The notes under the pieces are model-generated. The model was given only the letters and a program-made list of their open reading frames with translations. It did not search any database and was not told where the DNA came from. Of a stretch of DNA of 64,000 nucleotides, positions 41,052 to 56,381 are shown in pieces. The stretch is from Dimorphilus gyrociliatus (taxonomy: Eukaryota; Animalia; Annelida). Numbering within the stretch: position 1 is the stretch's first letter; the number at the start of each line of letters is the position of its first letter. The stretch covers positions 1,775,601 through 1,839,600 of the forward strand of contig CAJFCJ010000006.1 of NCBI GenBank assembly GCA_904063045.1. The letters are read 5' to 3'. The translations under genes and the position numbers were made by a program.

Positions 41052-41613
41052 ATATAACTAAAGTATTCATGGAACACTTGTAAGTTCAAACAACAACAAA
41101 AAAAACAAATAATCTCAAAATTAGACATTTCTAAATAAAAAAAAAACAGAATTACGTAATATACTAAATCAAAATCAAATAATTGTCATATTAGACATTG
41201 ATGTTCTATTCTTAAATATATATATTATATATATAATAAAATTCTCTATCTATAAACCAATGTCAGTCGAAGTTCAAGTAGTGGAATATGTAACAATAAT
41301 CACATGATTTGAGTGGTAAACTACAGCTGTTTAGTTTAAAGGTTAAATAAAAAAAAATAATACTTTGATGAAATGCTTTTTAGTAAATAAATCTAGTTAA
41401 CGTTGATATATAAAATTACAATAAATCGTAACAAAAGAAGGAATTGAGTAAATATTTAATCTGATCAGACATACTATCTAGTTAAATGAAAAATTGAATA
41501 ATACACAGTCATTTAAAGTTAAAAGGTAAGGTAATTTTTTTTATGTAAATATTCTGTATTTTTAAACGTTATAACCTTCCTAGAATTAAAAAAGAAACAC
41601 TTTTATTGACAGT

Positions 41614-43373
41614 TTACAATTCGTAATGTCTGCCTGGGGAGTCTCTCTTCTTCTCCTTATCGAATAAGAGATTGGAAACCATCTTCTTTGCTTTAAACTC
41701 CCATGTTTCTTCCAGTGTGTGCACTTTAGGGGCTCGCTTGGGTGGTATGTCACCATTCAAAATCTTTTTCTCCGCTTGACTAACAATTTGTTTCTTTGGT
41801 TTTTGCTGACCTCTAGTATTGACTGGCTGATAAATCAAACTCTCAGCACATCTAAATCCAATATTTTCGCCTCTAAATGTTGGTTTTAACGGTTTCCTGG
41901 AGAATAGGTCATTTAATATGCTTATTGTTTTTCGAATATTTTTACTATTGGCTCAGAGTTTACTTACCTTGTAGCGCATCTCGCCTCATAATTAAAACGT
42001 CCATCACTAGAATCGACAAAAGAGCCACCGCGTATTACAAACTCAATATCGCTTTTGTTACGAGAGTTGATGTCTTCAACTATATCGCTGTATCGGTATT
42101 TTAACGAAAATTTTGTACTAGTCCACTCCCAAACGTTACCGACCATATCGTAAAGGCCAAAGTCATTTTGTTCAGGAAAGGCATCAACAGGAGATAAACC
42201 TTTGTATCCGTCTGCATTTTTATTTTCAATTGGGAAAGCACCCTTAAAAAATCAAATAATGAAACGCGTATGTAATTAGATTACGATTGTAGAGAAACGT
42301 TCTAGAGATTTAAATAGAACAGATAAAACCTACTTGCCAAACGTTCATACGTCTTCTACGAAAAGTTTCTCCCCATGGATATCTTGCACCTGGCGACAAT
42401 TGAATTATATCACCATTCTTTTCTTTTTTTTTAACATCCGATTAATTAACAAACCACTAAGTTTTCCACGTGCTGCATACTCCCATTCATATTCGGTTGG
42501 TAAGCGTTTACCCATAGACGTACAATAGGCTTCAGCATCTCTTTTAGTAACATGGACAGCGGGATAGTTAAGAAATTCAGAGATGTTAGAGGCAGGACCC
42601 CAAGGCTGAATACAAGTTTAACAGTTATAGCGAAGTAGGCAATTCGCTTCGAACCGTAGGTTATTTACCTTTGACCAATTAGCTCCTTTAACAGGCACCC
42701 ACCATCTTGCCTGTGGTAAAAGAAAGTCTTCAGCAACCACTGCTGGCTGCACAACATTATATAGAAAGACATAGCTGTAGCCTTCTTTTTCTGCAGTTGT
42801 TAAATATCTTTCCCTTTTTTCCTTAAACTGCCTAAAACATCGGAAGAGTAGAAGGAAAATATACAAAATGAAAGAATCAATTAAAACGTCCTTGAAAACA
42901 TAAACCTTTTCCTCAATTTACTCACAAGAAATCTTTAATGGTCACTGGGTATTTGTCGATTCTGAATGGTTTCACAGAAATTAATCTAGTTGGGAATTCG
43001 CCATTTTTAGCTGACCGATCATTAATACCCATCTTAAATTCTCCCCCTTTCATATAGAGACCTTTATCAATCCGAGAATGAATTTTTACAGCTGTAAAAA
43101 CAATAATGAAAGGATGATAATCCCAAACTATCTTTTATTTAATAAATGCATTATAAGCAAACTATTAGAGCTTTATAAGATAATCATTAATCTAAACTAC
43201 TTACGTATTTTAGCAGCGAATGAAGATCCTCCTACTTTAAGATTTCTTTTTATTTCCTCCAGTCTTTCCATCCTTTCTAGTTCCTTTTTGGAATAATGTG
43301 GAGAGTCACCCCAACAATAAACATTTTGAATGTTCACACAAACGAAAAACAAAGTAAATATCTCTCTAAACAT
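41614..43373 (-). CDS. SUMF2: Inactive formylglycine-generating enzyme paralogue (FGE-sulfatase domain), multi-exon
   Basis: Signal peptide, [14 protein letters not shown] and [34 protein letters not shown] lacks the SUMF1 catalytic Cys pair and resembles SUMF2 RGASWIDTADG. Ends with NIGFRCA and a C-terminal HYEL. Confidence 0.85.
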
Positions 43374-43607
43374 ATTTGAATATATCTATTATATTTTAAA
43401 AGGAGTCAATAAGAAGAATAACTTATAGAGATAGTTTAGTTTAAATGTAGTCTTTGCCAATAATAACGAATAATTGTTGATATATATATATTTAAAGTAT
43501 ATCAGCGTGGACGACTGAATTTTCAATTTGACGCATATGCCGCAACGAACAGTTAAAACTGTCGCACGTGTTATTGATTGAGTCTACGTATACAAAAAAA
43601 CGGGTAC

Positions 43608-44964
43608 TTAGTCGATGAACAGGACAGATGATAACGTAATTATTGTAAAGAAATTCTCCTTGGAAATCTTATAATCAAATTTTAAGTTTGATCCACCTTT
43701 GTACCCTAATTCTTCGTTTTGCCCCTCTTCTAACATCCTTTATTGATAAAGTTTTGTCAATTCATTCCGTAAATTTCCATATGAATTTATACCTTTTTTT
43801 CAACTTTAAATCAGTTTTCAACGATGAAAGCCTAAGGCGAAAAAACTCAGCATCTGGATACCCAAATGATATTTCGTAATGTTTCTCGATTCTTTCAGCG
43901 AAGAGATTAGAATAAAATGGATTCCAATTTATCAGCGGGAATCCCTCTATTTGCTTTAATGTGTTTATCTCAATCGCTGTTACTAACCCAGGATAGGCCG
44001 TTATTGTTTCCCTAAGGGTTAATTAAAGATACAAAAAAATAGCTTTAGCTGTCTGAATGATTCAATTATAGTAAATACCTTTTTCCCTTAACGTAATAGT
44101 CAACATTGGCTGAAAAGTCAAGTATTTTGACATGGCTACAAGAATAAATAAAAGCGTCGTTATCCGGCAAAACGTGGGGGGAATGAAAAACAAAACATGA
44201 CCAAGCGCCTAACTTTGATACAACTTCTACTCCACCATTCATTAAAAGTCCAGAATAATCTTTGTATTTCACTCCGTCACTTTCATCTAACTAGCATAAA
44301 GAGAGGATGACATTATCTTCACAGCGCTATGCTTATTATTAATACTTTGTATATCTTTCTTTACCTCGACGAAGAATATTTGATAAGTTTGCTGTTGTCT
44401 TTGTAAAAAATCATGCATATGTCGTAAGAAATCATTTAATATAGCTTTGTCATCATTAGTAATTGGTACAATAAGCGCAAGTGGAAGTAGAGTTGATCGA
44501 CAATCCGGTTTATAAAATCCTCCCTCTTGTACTTCCGGAAACGATTTCTTCATAATCCTCGCTTCTAACGAATGATTCCAGATTGGTACCACTGAGCCAT
44601 CTGCTTTCATCAATACAACAAACAAGAATGGATGCACTGTATAAACGTGAAGAAAAAACTAACAAGTACTCTCATCCTGACAAAGGGGACAAGAATCAGA
44701 GTATATTTTCTCCACTTTCATTTTGGCAAGTAGTAACCAATTATAGCAAACTAAACTGGGGTCTTGATAATTAACCGATGCATATATATGCATATTACCA
44801 TTTCGAAAGAGATGGAGCAACAAAATTTGAATAATAAGATAGAGCAAGTAATAAAGAATAAGGAATTTTAAGCAAAGAATTACATAACGAAAACTACATT
44901 GCAACGTCATCCATAAGAAGGACAAACGGGATCGACGAGTCGTGACTACCGAAACGCCTCCCAT
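43608..44964 (-). CDS. Beta-1,4-galactosyltransferase-like (GT7 fold) type II membrane protein with degenerate catalytic motifs
   Basis: TM anchor, then GGFYKPDC, LALIVP, LRHMHDFLQRQQQTYQIFFVE, LLMNGG, CFVFHSPHVLP and IEGFP, collinear with B4GALT. Exons are about 44964-44664, 44603-44364, 44293-44080, 44011-43792 and 43737-43608. Confidence 0.78.
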
Positions 44965-45814
44965 TTCTAAATTAATCTTAAATAATAGAAAAGAAAAAAA
45001 ATAAATAATTAAGGGGAAAAAAGTTGTTTATAGTAAAATAAAGAAAGTAATAAATCTTATAAATTACTATCAACACTTACCAATTGTTTTTATAAAAAAA
45101 AGAAAACAACCAGTAGATCATTCGACAAATTACCAATAAAATAAAAGTATATATGTTTTATGTTTATTTATATTTTTAAAAAAAAAAAGAAACACTCGTA
45201 ACGTTGCTAAGTTGTTTGAATACGATGGTTGTTAGTTGGAAAAAGCTAGTGTAAGGTATTTTAATTGTATATGTCATAACATTGAATAATGATGTGGATC
45301 TAATAAATTTTCCATTTGTCTTTATTCAATATACTTATGTATATTACTATATGAAGTGTTGTTCTCCTAAAGATAATGCTTTTAAAATCAATAGAAATGA
45401 ACAGATTAATTAGAATATATACATATATATATACTGTATAAATAATATAGTTAATAATTATTAGCTTATACTTATTTGATTCAAACAACAGATTCACCAA
45501 GCTCACCTGAAAAATGACAATATTTAAGTACAAAAAGTAAAAGGTTACTGGTAAATAAGCACAAAAAAGCAAGAATTACATTTGTTCGCTCTTTTGCCAG
45601 CAGACTAGTTTAACTTGAAATTTTTTCTCAGAAAAATCGTATAAAATATAGATCATCTTTTAAAAAAATATCATTTAAATAAATATATTGTACACTTTTA
45701 TGTGTTAATATATACATATGTGTACAAATTGTCAATATAAAGACATAACTAATATTAAAGTAAGCGATTAAAAACAAGCAAAATCAATGGCATGTTTAAT
45801 TTCGTTGTTCGTTT

Positions 45815-48298
<2,484 letters not shown>

Positions 48299-49168
48299 TT
48301 TGATTTATTAAGTGTCACGTGACCGTTCTAAGTATTAACTACTGTTAGTAGTACCCAAATCCGGGCACTTGACTTCGATTGTTGTTCTTGACAAAGTATT
48401 TATATAAAACTCTAAAAATATCGCAAATGGAGACGCATTGATATTATATGGTTAGTTACCTTAATAAATTATCTTTCGATTTGAATTAAAATCATAATGT
48501 ATCATTTCTTTAAAGTAAATAAAATATTGTTAATTGTTATGTAGAGTAGTATCTAAAACTAGAACGGGTAGTTTTATACAAGTGTCATTAGAGATTCACA
48601 ATGTGTAACTTTTCATTAATTGTTGAATAACAATGTTTACAACATCGTGGTAAATAAAAGTGACTAGTATTTTCTGTATATATAAGTTTTAACATTAGAA
48701 AATCAATGTTTTATTTTCATACTTGTGTGTATAATACATTTTTCAGGATAAATTTTTTTTTATGTATTTAAAAATATTAAAATCTGCTTTTAATCGAATA
48801 TCAATTGTATTTAACTGTTTAGAGAAATTGATGATATAATCTTTCTAGACAAAAAAATTTTCCTTTTAGTCTTTTTATTGCTGGCTGCCAGAATTTAATG
48901 TTTTGAAGGTTATTTAAATAACATTCTTTGTAATGTGTTGTAACGAATACTGTAGTGTCTGTCTGTTAATACACACATGCTGTATATATTTAGAGATATA
49001 GATTGAGATCGTTTCTCATAGTTTGTTAAAATAGAACACTTTAACCTGAACAATCGATAGTATATCATAGGAGAGATAGAGGCCTATAAATTCACGTATA
49101 GATGATTAATCTTCATTTTACAAGGTTATGACATAACGCTTGTTGAAAGTCTACTTGTCTATCTAGAT

Positions 49169-50985
49169 ATGGCGGAGCACAGAACTTCTAATTCTAAACA
49201 GCTATCTGATCTGGATTTTCTCTTATCCACGGTAAATAAATGCATATCTCATCTCTAAATAATATTACAAATAAGAAAAATGATTACTAATGTGAAAGAA
49301 AATGAAATTGGGAACTTTTATACATTAAAATAAATAGCTCTTCATTCTAACATGATAATTGATTTTCTAGACAAAATAATAAAGGTTTTAAGCTTCAAAA
49401 GTTACGCTTGTTTTGAATGTCTTGATTGCTTTTGTTTTTTTTTTTTACATATAAATTGAGAATGTACAATATAACTGTATCTATGTATACTAAATAAAGC
49501 TATTTAAATTGAGGAAAAGGTGAAAAACAAACACATTTTCTATATAACTTCTCATTTCAGACAATGACTGATACAAGTTACCACGAAGGAGTTATTGATC
49601 AAACAGGTACACTCTTCTTTTTACAGATAGATTTAAATATATATATATACAAGAATTATTTTTTACTTGATTGTTGGTATAAGCAAAAATTCTTTGAATA
49701 ATCTATAAATATCTTTAACCGAGGGATTAGTTTTATTGATCTATAAGAGTAGAAGAAATGCAACAAGTCTGAAAAGAGCTTACTTTCTTCTATTATCTTT
49801 ATCATTAAAGGTTTCACTTATGGTGTTTAATCATATATTTATTCCATCTTTTTCTTTCTTTTAGCATTATCTGCGTTGGACAGTGTGCAGATGAATGTAG
49901 ATCTAAACCCAGCAAATTTATCATCATCAAATAGATGTTATTCAAGAACTAGTTCTACTGGAAGTGTTCACTTTTCGTGTTCTTCAGCATCGAGCGCTCA
50001 AAATTCTGGTATCTAATCTAACCTCTATTCAAATTAAATTTACTTTGACTTTGACTTTTGATCTGTGATCTAGTAAAAATAGTAATGTCGAAATATTTAA
50101 TCACTAGAACGTTTAGTTTAATATTCTGATCAAATGAAAAAGACATTTTCTTATAAATTCTTCTCCATAAAAAGATGACGAAGACAGTGATGGTCGACCT
50201 CAGTCTTTTCGAGATCGGCGAAGAGAAGCTCACACACAAGCTGAGCAAAAAAGAAGAGACGCAATTAAGAAAGGATATGATGATTTAGCAAGTCTGGTAC
50301 CGAAGTGTCAAAGTGCTGATCCTGTAGGGGGACAAAAATTAAGTAAAGCTGCAATTCTTCAGAGGTGTAAGTTATCAAAATTAAATTATAATTGAATGTT
50401 GAAATAATACGTGACAAAAATATGTCTAAACAGCAATCGAGTATATAACGTATTTGCAAAAGGAGAAGTCAAAACAAACAGATGACTTAGAAAGTTTGAA
50501 AAAGGAGGTTGTAGCTTTAAAAATAATGAAAGCGTAAGCTATCTGATTAAATAATTTATTCTATGGGAAGGTCTGAAATTAACTGAAAATCTTGTTTCTT
50601 GTTTTAGCAATTACGAGCATATAGTAAAATCTTACAAAAATACCCCCGAAGCTGGTCAGAATCAAGTATCAGATGAAGTTAAATTTCAAGTGGTTAGTAA
50701 AATCATAGTTTATATGAAATATTATAAAATTTAGGCTTAAATTAATTAAGATGTATAGTTAAATTAAAAATTGAAAAAAAAAAAGCATTGTGTTCTTAAC
50801 CTGGAAAATAGTTTCAGGAAATTATGGACAACCTGTTTACGAGTTTCAATGCATCAATATCCGTAGCAAATTTTGCTGAATTATCCGCTTGCGTCTTCAC
50901 ATGGCTTGAAGAGCACTGTAAACCACAGCTATTGAGAGAATTAACCTTGAAAATTTTGCAACGATTTAATGCAAATTTCGGATAA
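49169..50985 (+). CDS. MLX: Max-like protein X (bHLH-ZIP), multi-exon
   Basis: RREAHTQAEQKRRDAIKKGYDDL, KLSKAAILQ and the C-terminal DCD (NFAELSACVFTWLEEHCKPQLLRE). Confidence 0.92.
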
Positions 50986-53002
50986 TAATTTCAAACTTTA
51001 TACATTAGTAAGTACATTGTAGGTAGTGTTCGGGTGTTGTGTCACGTTCTTGAATGGTTTTTTTTTTCCAAGCAAAATTTACACTATAGAATCTATTATT
51101 TTATGAATACATATATTTGAATACATAAATGCATAGCCCAAGAATGAAGTGGTACCGTTCACAAGGGCAAATCTAATCGTTCCGTCCAGCGGTTAGATAA
51201 TTTTCATACCATATGCTTTTTTTTTTAAATTCACACAAGTCAACTACTCTGTCAGTTAAACTGATGTGTGGTACAAAACTCCTTCAAAGGTTTTTTCAAC
51301 AAAAAAATCTAGCCGGATATATTTATGAAATAATATAAATTACTCTAATATCAAAACTTCCCACAATTTTCATGTATGACAGCGTTTTTCTTTTCTTGTT
51401 AATATTTTATTATTTGAACTATACCTTAAAAGTTTTCTACAAGTGGAGAATTATCTAAATTCTTTACAATCGTTGAAAGCAACATCCCGTCCTATATAGT
51501 CATCTTCCTTTACCAAGCTGTGGATATCTCATTGCTAATCTCGAGTTTTGTCAATGAAAACTATTATAAAGAAAATAATTATAATAAATCAGTAAATATG
51601 TTAATAATGGCCAAATTTTAACTTGGCTGTCATCAATTTATTAAACTAGTTACCGCCAAAAACCTATTTCGACTGTGGATGAATTTGATGAAGAGAAATA
51701 CTCGTTAGTTTATCATTTGATAGAAACGAAAGAAAAATATGGATCCAGATACTTAAAACACATGGCTGAAAGTATTCCAATGAATTCTCTGATCTTTCAA
51801 TAATGGAGAAGCGTTTTTTTCGACCTTTCATTGCAAGTTACATATCAATGATTAAACTCGTATGAAATCGAATGCATATCAGATTTATATAGAATTATTG
51901 TGAAGGAAGTTGACGCAAAAAGGTCCATGGAAATTTCATAATAGACCGAAAAAATTGTGTGCAACTTCTATGAGCTTTCTGCTTTTCGTTTGTGTGAGAG
52001 ATAAAGGAAAAGAGGAATGGAAAAAAGTATAAAGTAATGGAGAAAAAAGCTAGTGATACACTTGCACAATCGTACCATATACCTAGTAATATAATACTCT
52101 AAATTCTCTATGGTAACGGATTAATTTTCGTTTTATCATTCTAATAAAATATTGCATTTATCCTCCACCTCTCACCTTTCATGTCGATATCACTTAAAGG
52201 CAAGAAATACATTTTGTAGGAATGTTTCATGTGGAAGTCGATTGCAGTTTTTTTATAAGCTTCACTAAATTCCTAAAATTTCCAGGTGATCATTTTCTTC
52301 AATTCTATTTGAAATATAGAATAAATGGATATAGAGTCGAGCAGAGAGGCAAGATATCAACTTTAAGTGAAGAAGATCCGCTTTTGTAAAGGCAGAGTGT
52401 TTTGAAGTTGCTTGTTTAAAGATGAAGATTAAATAATTTATTGGTTTGTCATCTGTGTACGTCATTTAAGTTTGGGGTTTAATGATTATACTCTATAATA
52501 ATTTTTTCTCATTAGGATGAATATAAAACTTGGAATAAGAAAAGGACAACTTTCGAGGATGTTACTTCTTTAAATTTTTGTAGGTCATTTATAAATTTTG
52601 TACATTTTTGATAATTTGCTCTATTTATTGGCTATAGTTGGAAGTAATTGAATGAATAAAGTTAATGTTAAATACTCTCAATTCTGTATTTAATTGATGA
52701 AATAATTATTTAAGCGTACAAATAAAATTATTATGATTTTTATTAAATTATATATAATTGATTATTAATATTGTGATTAAAATAAGATATCCCACTTTCT
52801 GAAGATTGGCCTATCTTAATAAGTAAAAATAAAGCTTTGAAAGAATTCCACAACGATAATTACAAAAACCTGAGTAGCAAGCATTTTCGTATTTAAAATT
52901 TGCATTCGAAATATAATTTTTTACATAGAATACACTAAAATTTCTGTTTTCTTAATTACTGAACAGTTTAGCTATTTTACGAAAATAGCTGTACCCTAAA
53001 GA

Positions 53003-53011
53003 TTGCGCGGG
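53003..53011. promoter_or_regulatory. E2F-like site (TTGCGCGGG) about 50 nt upstream of FEN1
   Basis: Motif read directly. FEN1 is a known E2F-type S-phase gene in animals; function here is inferred. Confidence 0.35.
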
Positions 53012-53059
53012 TATTAGGAAACAATCAAGATCTGTGAGTGTTTTCCATAAAATTAAAGT

Positions 53060-55046
53060 ATGGGAATACACGGATTATCGAAATTGATTGCTGATCATGC
53101 TCCTGGTGCAGTGAAGGAAAATGAAATCAAGAACTTTTTTGGTAGAGTATATATTTTAGAATGGTTGAGCGATAATATAGCATTTACGCTTTTTCAGGCA
53201 GAAAAGTGGCCATTGATGCCTCTATGTCAATTTATCAATTTTTAATTGCTGTAAGACAAGAAGGCAATGTTCTCACAAATGCAGATGGTGAAACTACAAG
53301 GTGAATTAATTGAGTTTCCTATAATATTTAATAAATTTTTCAATAATTATTGTTTCTTTCTAACTGTATTGTAATAAATTATTTAAAAAACTAGCCACCT
53401 TATGGGAATGTTTTATCGAACTATTCGTATGGTTGAAAATGGTATAAAACCTGTTTACGTTTTCGATGGAAAACCGCCAGATATGAAATCAGGCGAACTA
53501 TCAAAGAGGAGCGAAAGACGGGAGGAAGCTAAAAAGGCATTAGATAAAGCAGTTGAAACAGGAGATCAAGAGAATGTTGAAAAGTTTGGAAAAAGATTAG
53601 TTAAAGTAACGTCACAGCATAATGATGAATGCAAAAAATTATTAACTTTGATGGGAATCCCTTATGTCAATGTATTTACTAGCTACATGAAAGTAATTTT
53701 CACATAGTAATTCACAATCTCTTAATAGGCTCCTTGCGAAGCTGAAGCTCAATGTGCAGCCTTAGTAAAATCTGGAAAGGTATACGCTACGGGAACAGAA
53801 GATATGGATGCACTTACTTTCGGATCAAATGTTGTATTACGTCATTTGACATTTAGCGAAGCAAGGTAAATCACCTATGACAAAAAAGATATAAAATGTT
53901 CTAAATGAATATATTATATTTGAAAAACCAATAGAAAAGTACCTATAAAAGAATACAATTTGGATGTTCTACTTGATGGATTGGGGCTTTCCCAAGACGA
54001 AGTAAATCTAAACATTAGCTTACTATAATAATAAGACTAATATTTTATAAACTATAGTTTATCGATCTTTGCATTTTACTTGGATGCGATTATTGCGATT
54101 CAATAAGAGGAGTTGGACCCAAAAGAGCTATAGAACTGATAAAGCAGCACAGGAATATTGAAACTATTTTAAAACACCTTGACTCAAAGGTTAGTGCAAG
54201 GCAATAATAAATACAAAGGAAAGACTATATAAAACATTTTTCAAAGAAATATACAATACCGGAAGATTGGATGTTTAAAGAGGCTCGAAAACTATTTCAA
54301 ACTCCGGAAGTTACACATGGCGATGATTTAGAGGTAAGCAAAAAAAACGAAAAACTGGGAATAATATTTCAAATAAGAGTTTTAAAAGAATCTTGTGCTA
54401 ACGCCATCTAAAGTATGATTTTATCTCTATCCTCTTACTTTTTGCACTCAGCTAGCCGATAGCGTTATTCGTTAAGAGTTGATTCAATCAAGGTTATTTA
54501 ATAAAGTAAACTAAAATTCACAATAATTCGCATTTATCGACATAGATAAATCTTCTCTTATAGAAGACTAAGTTTATAATAATTTTATAGGCTACGAAAA
54601 TATGAATATAAAGATTTTCGTATTAAAGGAAGACAACTCTTGTTCTTATTTTTGGGTACGACTTATAAATTGTAGCTTGAAGGCTTTGATGTTGATATTT
54701 TAATACTTTTATAAAGCACTCTTATAATTACAGTTGAAATGGACCGACCCTGATGAAGATAGTCTTGTAAAATTTATGGTTGAAGAAAAGGCTTTTAAGT
54801 AAGAGCAAAAATGCATTCATTATATATATTTATCGTAAAAGTACAAAAATTAATTTTTGCAGCGAGGAGAGAATACGAAATGGAGCTAAGAAACTATCGA
54901 AAGCACGACACGGTTCTACCCAGGGTAGACTAGATAGTTTTTTTAAAGTGACATCCGTTTCGTCAACGAAAAGAAAAGATCCGGAGCAAAAAGGAAACGA
55001 TAAGAAGAAAATGAAGGGTAGAGGAGGCTTCAAAAGAGCTAAATAG
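53060..55046 (+). CDS. FEN1: Flap endonuclease 1, multi-exon
   Basis: [55 protein letters not shown]...IRGVGPKRA and PIP box QGRLDSFF. Confidence 0.97.
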
Positions 55047-56134
55047 AGCTTTAGCTGTTTTACCAGTATATCCTGTGTAGTTATTAAGAAAAAGTTTTAT
55101 GTTCTTATCCTTATGATTATCAATATTATTACGTTTAAAATATATTGACAAAGTCTAAATATAAATATGTAAAGTTATATTTTTAAAGGGTTATGTTTTT
55201 TAGTGTTTTTTTCCTACCTTATTTATCTATTTATACAAGCTTTTTAAGATAATATTTTACAATTTACATTAATTGCAGAAATATGTCAAATTTTACGATT
55301 ATAGATATAAGTGCGTATAAACAAGATTTCCATTAGGAAATAGATAGTTTCTATATTTTATAACTGTGAAAAATAGCAGATTTATTTCTTTTTTTTTTTT
55401 CATTCTAATTTCATTATTGCTATTAATAACTATCAATAAGACTATTTCAACTACTTAGTCCTACTTAAGTATTTATGGATTTAAAAAAAAGAAAACTTTA
55501 ATAGTTATATACAGTGTACGCGTATTTAGTAAAGTTGTACGTGCGTATCATTTTATTTTGTAAGAACAAATGATTGCCATATAACTATGGTTAGGATATT
55601 GTCATATTTTTCTTTTTTGACTGTTGCCTAGCTATATAGATTACTTCTGAAAAAGAGAAAAAAAGTTACTCAGATTACAGACGAGTTACACATTTTTCTA
55701 GGTAAATAAGCGAAATACTTTAATGAGAAATCAGGTAGAGACTATATAAATAGTTAATTGGATTGCCATTACCTGTTTAACAAGCTTCCATATTTTATAG
55801 GGAAATGGTATCTTATGAGGTCGCTGATAAATGAGATGCTATATGATTGATCAATATAAAAGCTTTTACAATACCTTATCCTTACTTGTGTACTATCGTT
55901 CGAAGCACTGTAGACGGTTACCTATTACTACCTAGTTCTTTATTTCATTAAGTATCAACGTAACTATCTAAATATTTCTATTTAATAGCTACCCTACTTT
56001 ACTTATCTGCTATGGTGTCTTCGCATGATCTACATTCGACATTGTACTCGCTGTCCTCCCTTTTTTTTGATTCTGTCTATCTGTCTCTCTTTATGTCTTT
56101 TTCTATTCCCTCATAAAAAACTGTATACTGTAAT

Positions 56135-56135
<1 letters not shown>

Positions 56136-56168
<33 letters not shown>

Positions 56169-56181
56169 TATATATACAAGC

Positions 56182-56217
<36 letters not shown>
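56136..56217. repeat. Two adjacent (TA)n microsatellite tracts
   Basis: Read directly from the sequence. Confidence 0.9.
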
Positions 56218-56220
<3 letters not shown>

Positions 56221-56381
56221 CAATCTTTCTATTTTCCCTTTATCTAAACATATATTCAGTTAATTTTTTTTTCTTTTCAGCATCATCCAGCTTTCTTATT
56301 AAACCTCTTGTTTGATCTATTACATATATATATATATACATTTCTTTATTTGGTGTTGAGAAAGAAAACGACTATAAGGGA

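Noticed and set aside
43689-43764. Open frame continuing after a TGA at the B4GALT-like 3' end (possible read-through or Sec)
   Set aside because: A short GT-AG intron (about 43791-43738) removes the TGA and gives a better GT7-like C-terminus. There is no SECIS.
51649-51990. Frames with multiple in-frame TGAs, considered as a multi-Sec protein
   Set aside because: TAA/TAG stops are interspersed, there is no selenoprotein-like motif context, and no SECIS is nearby.
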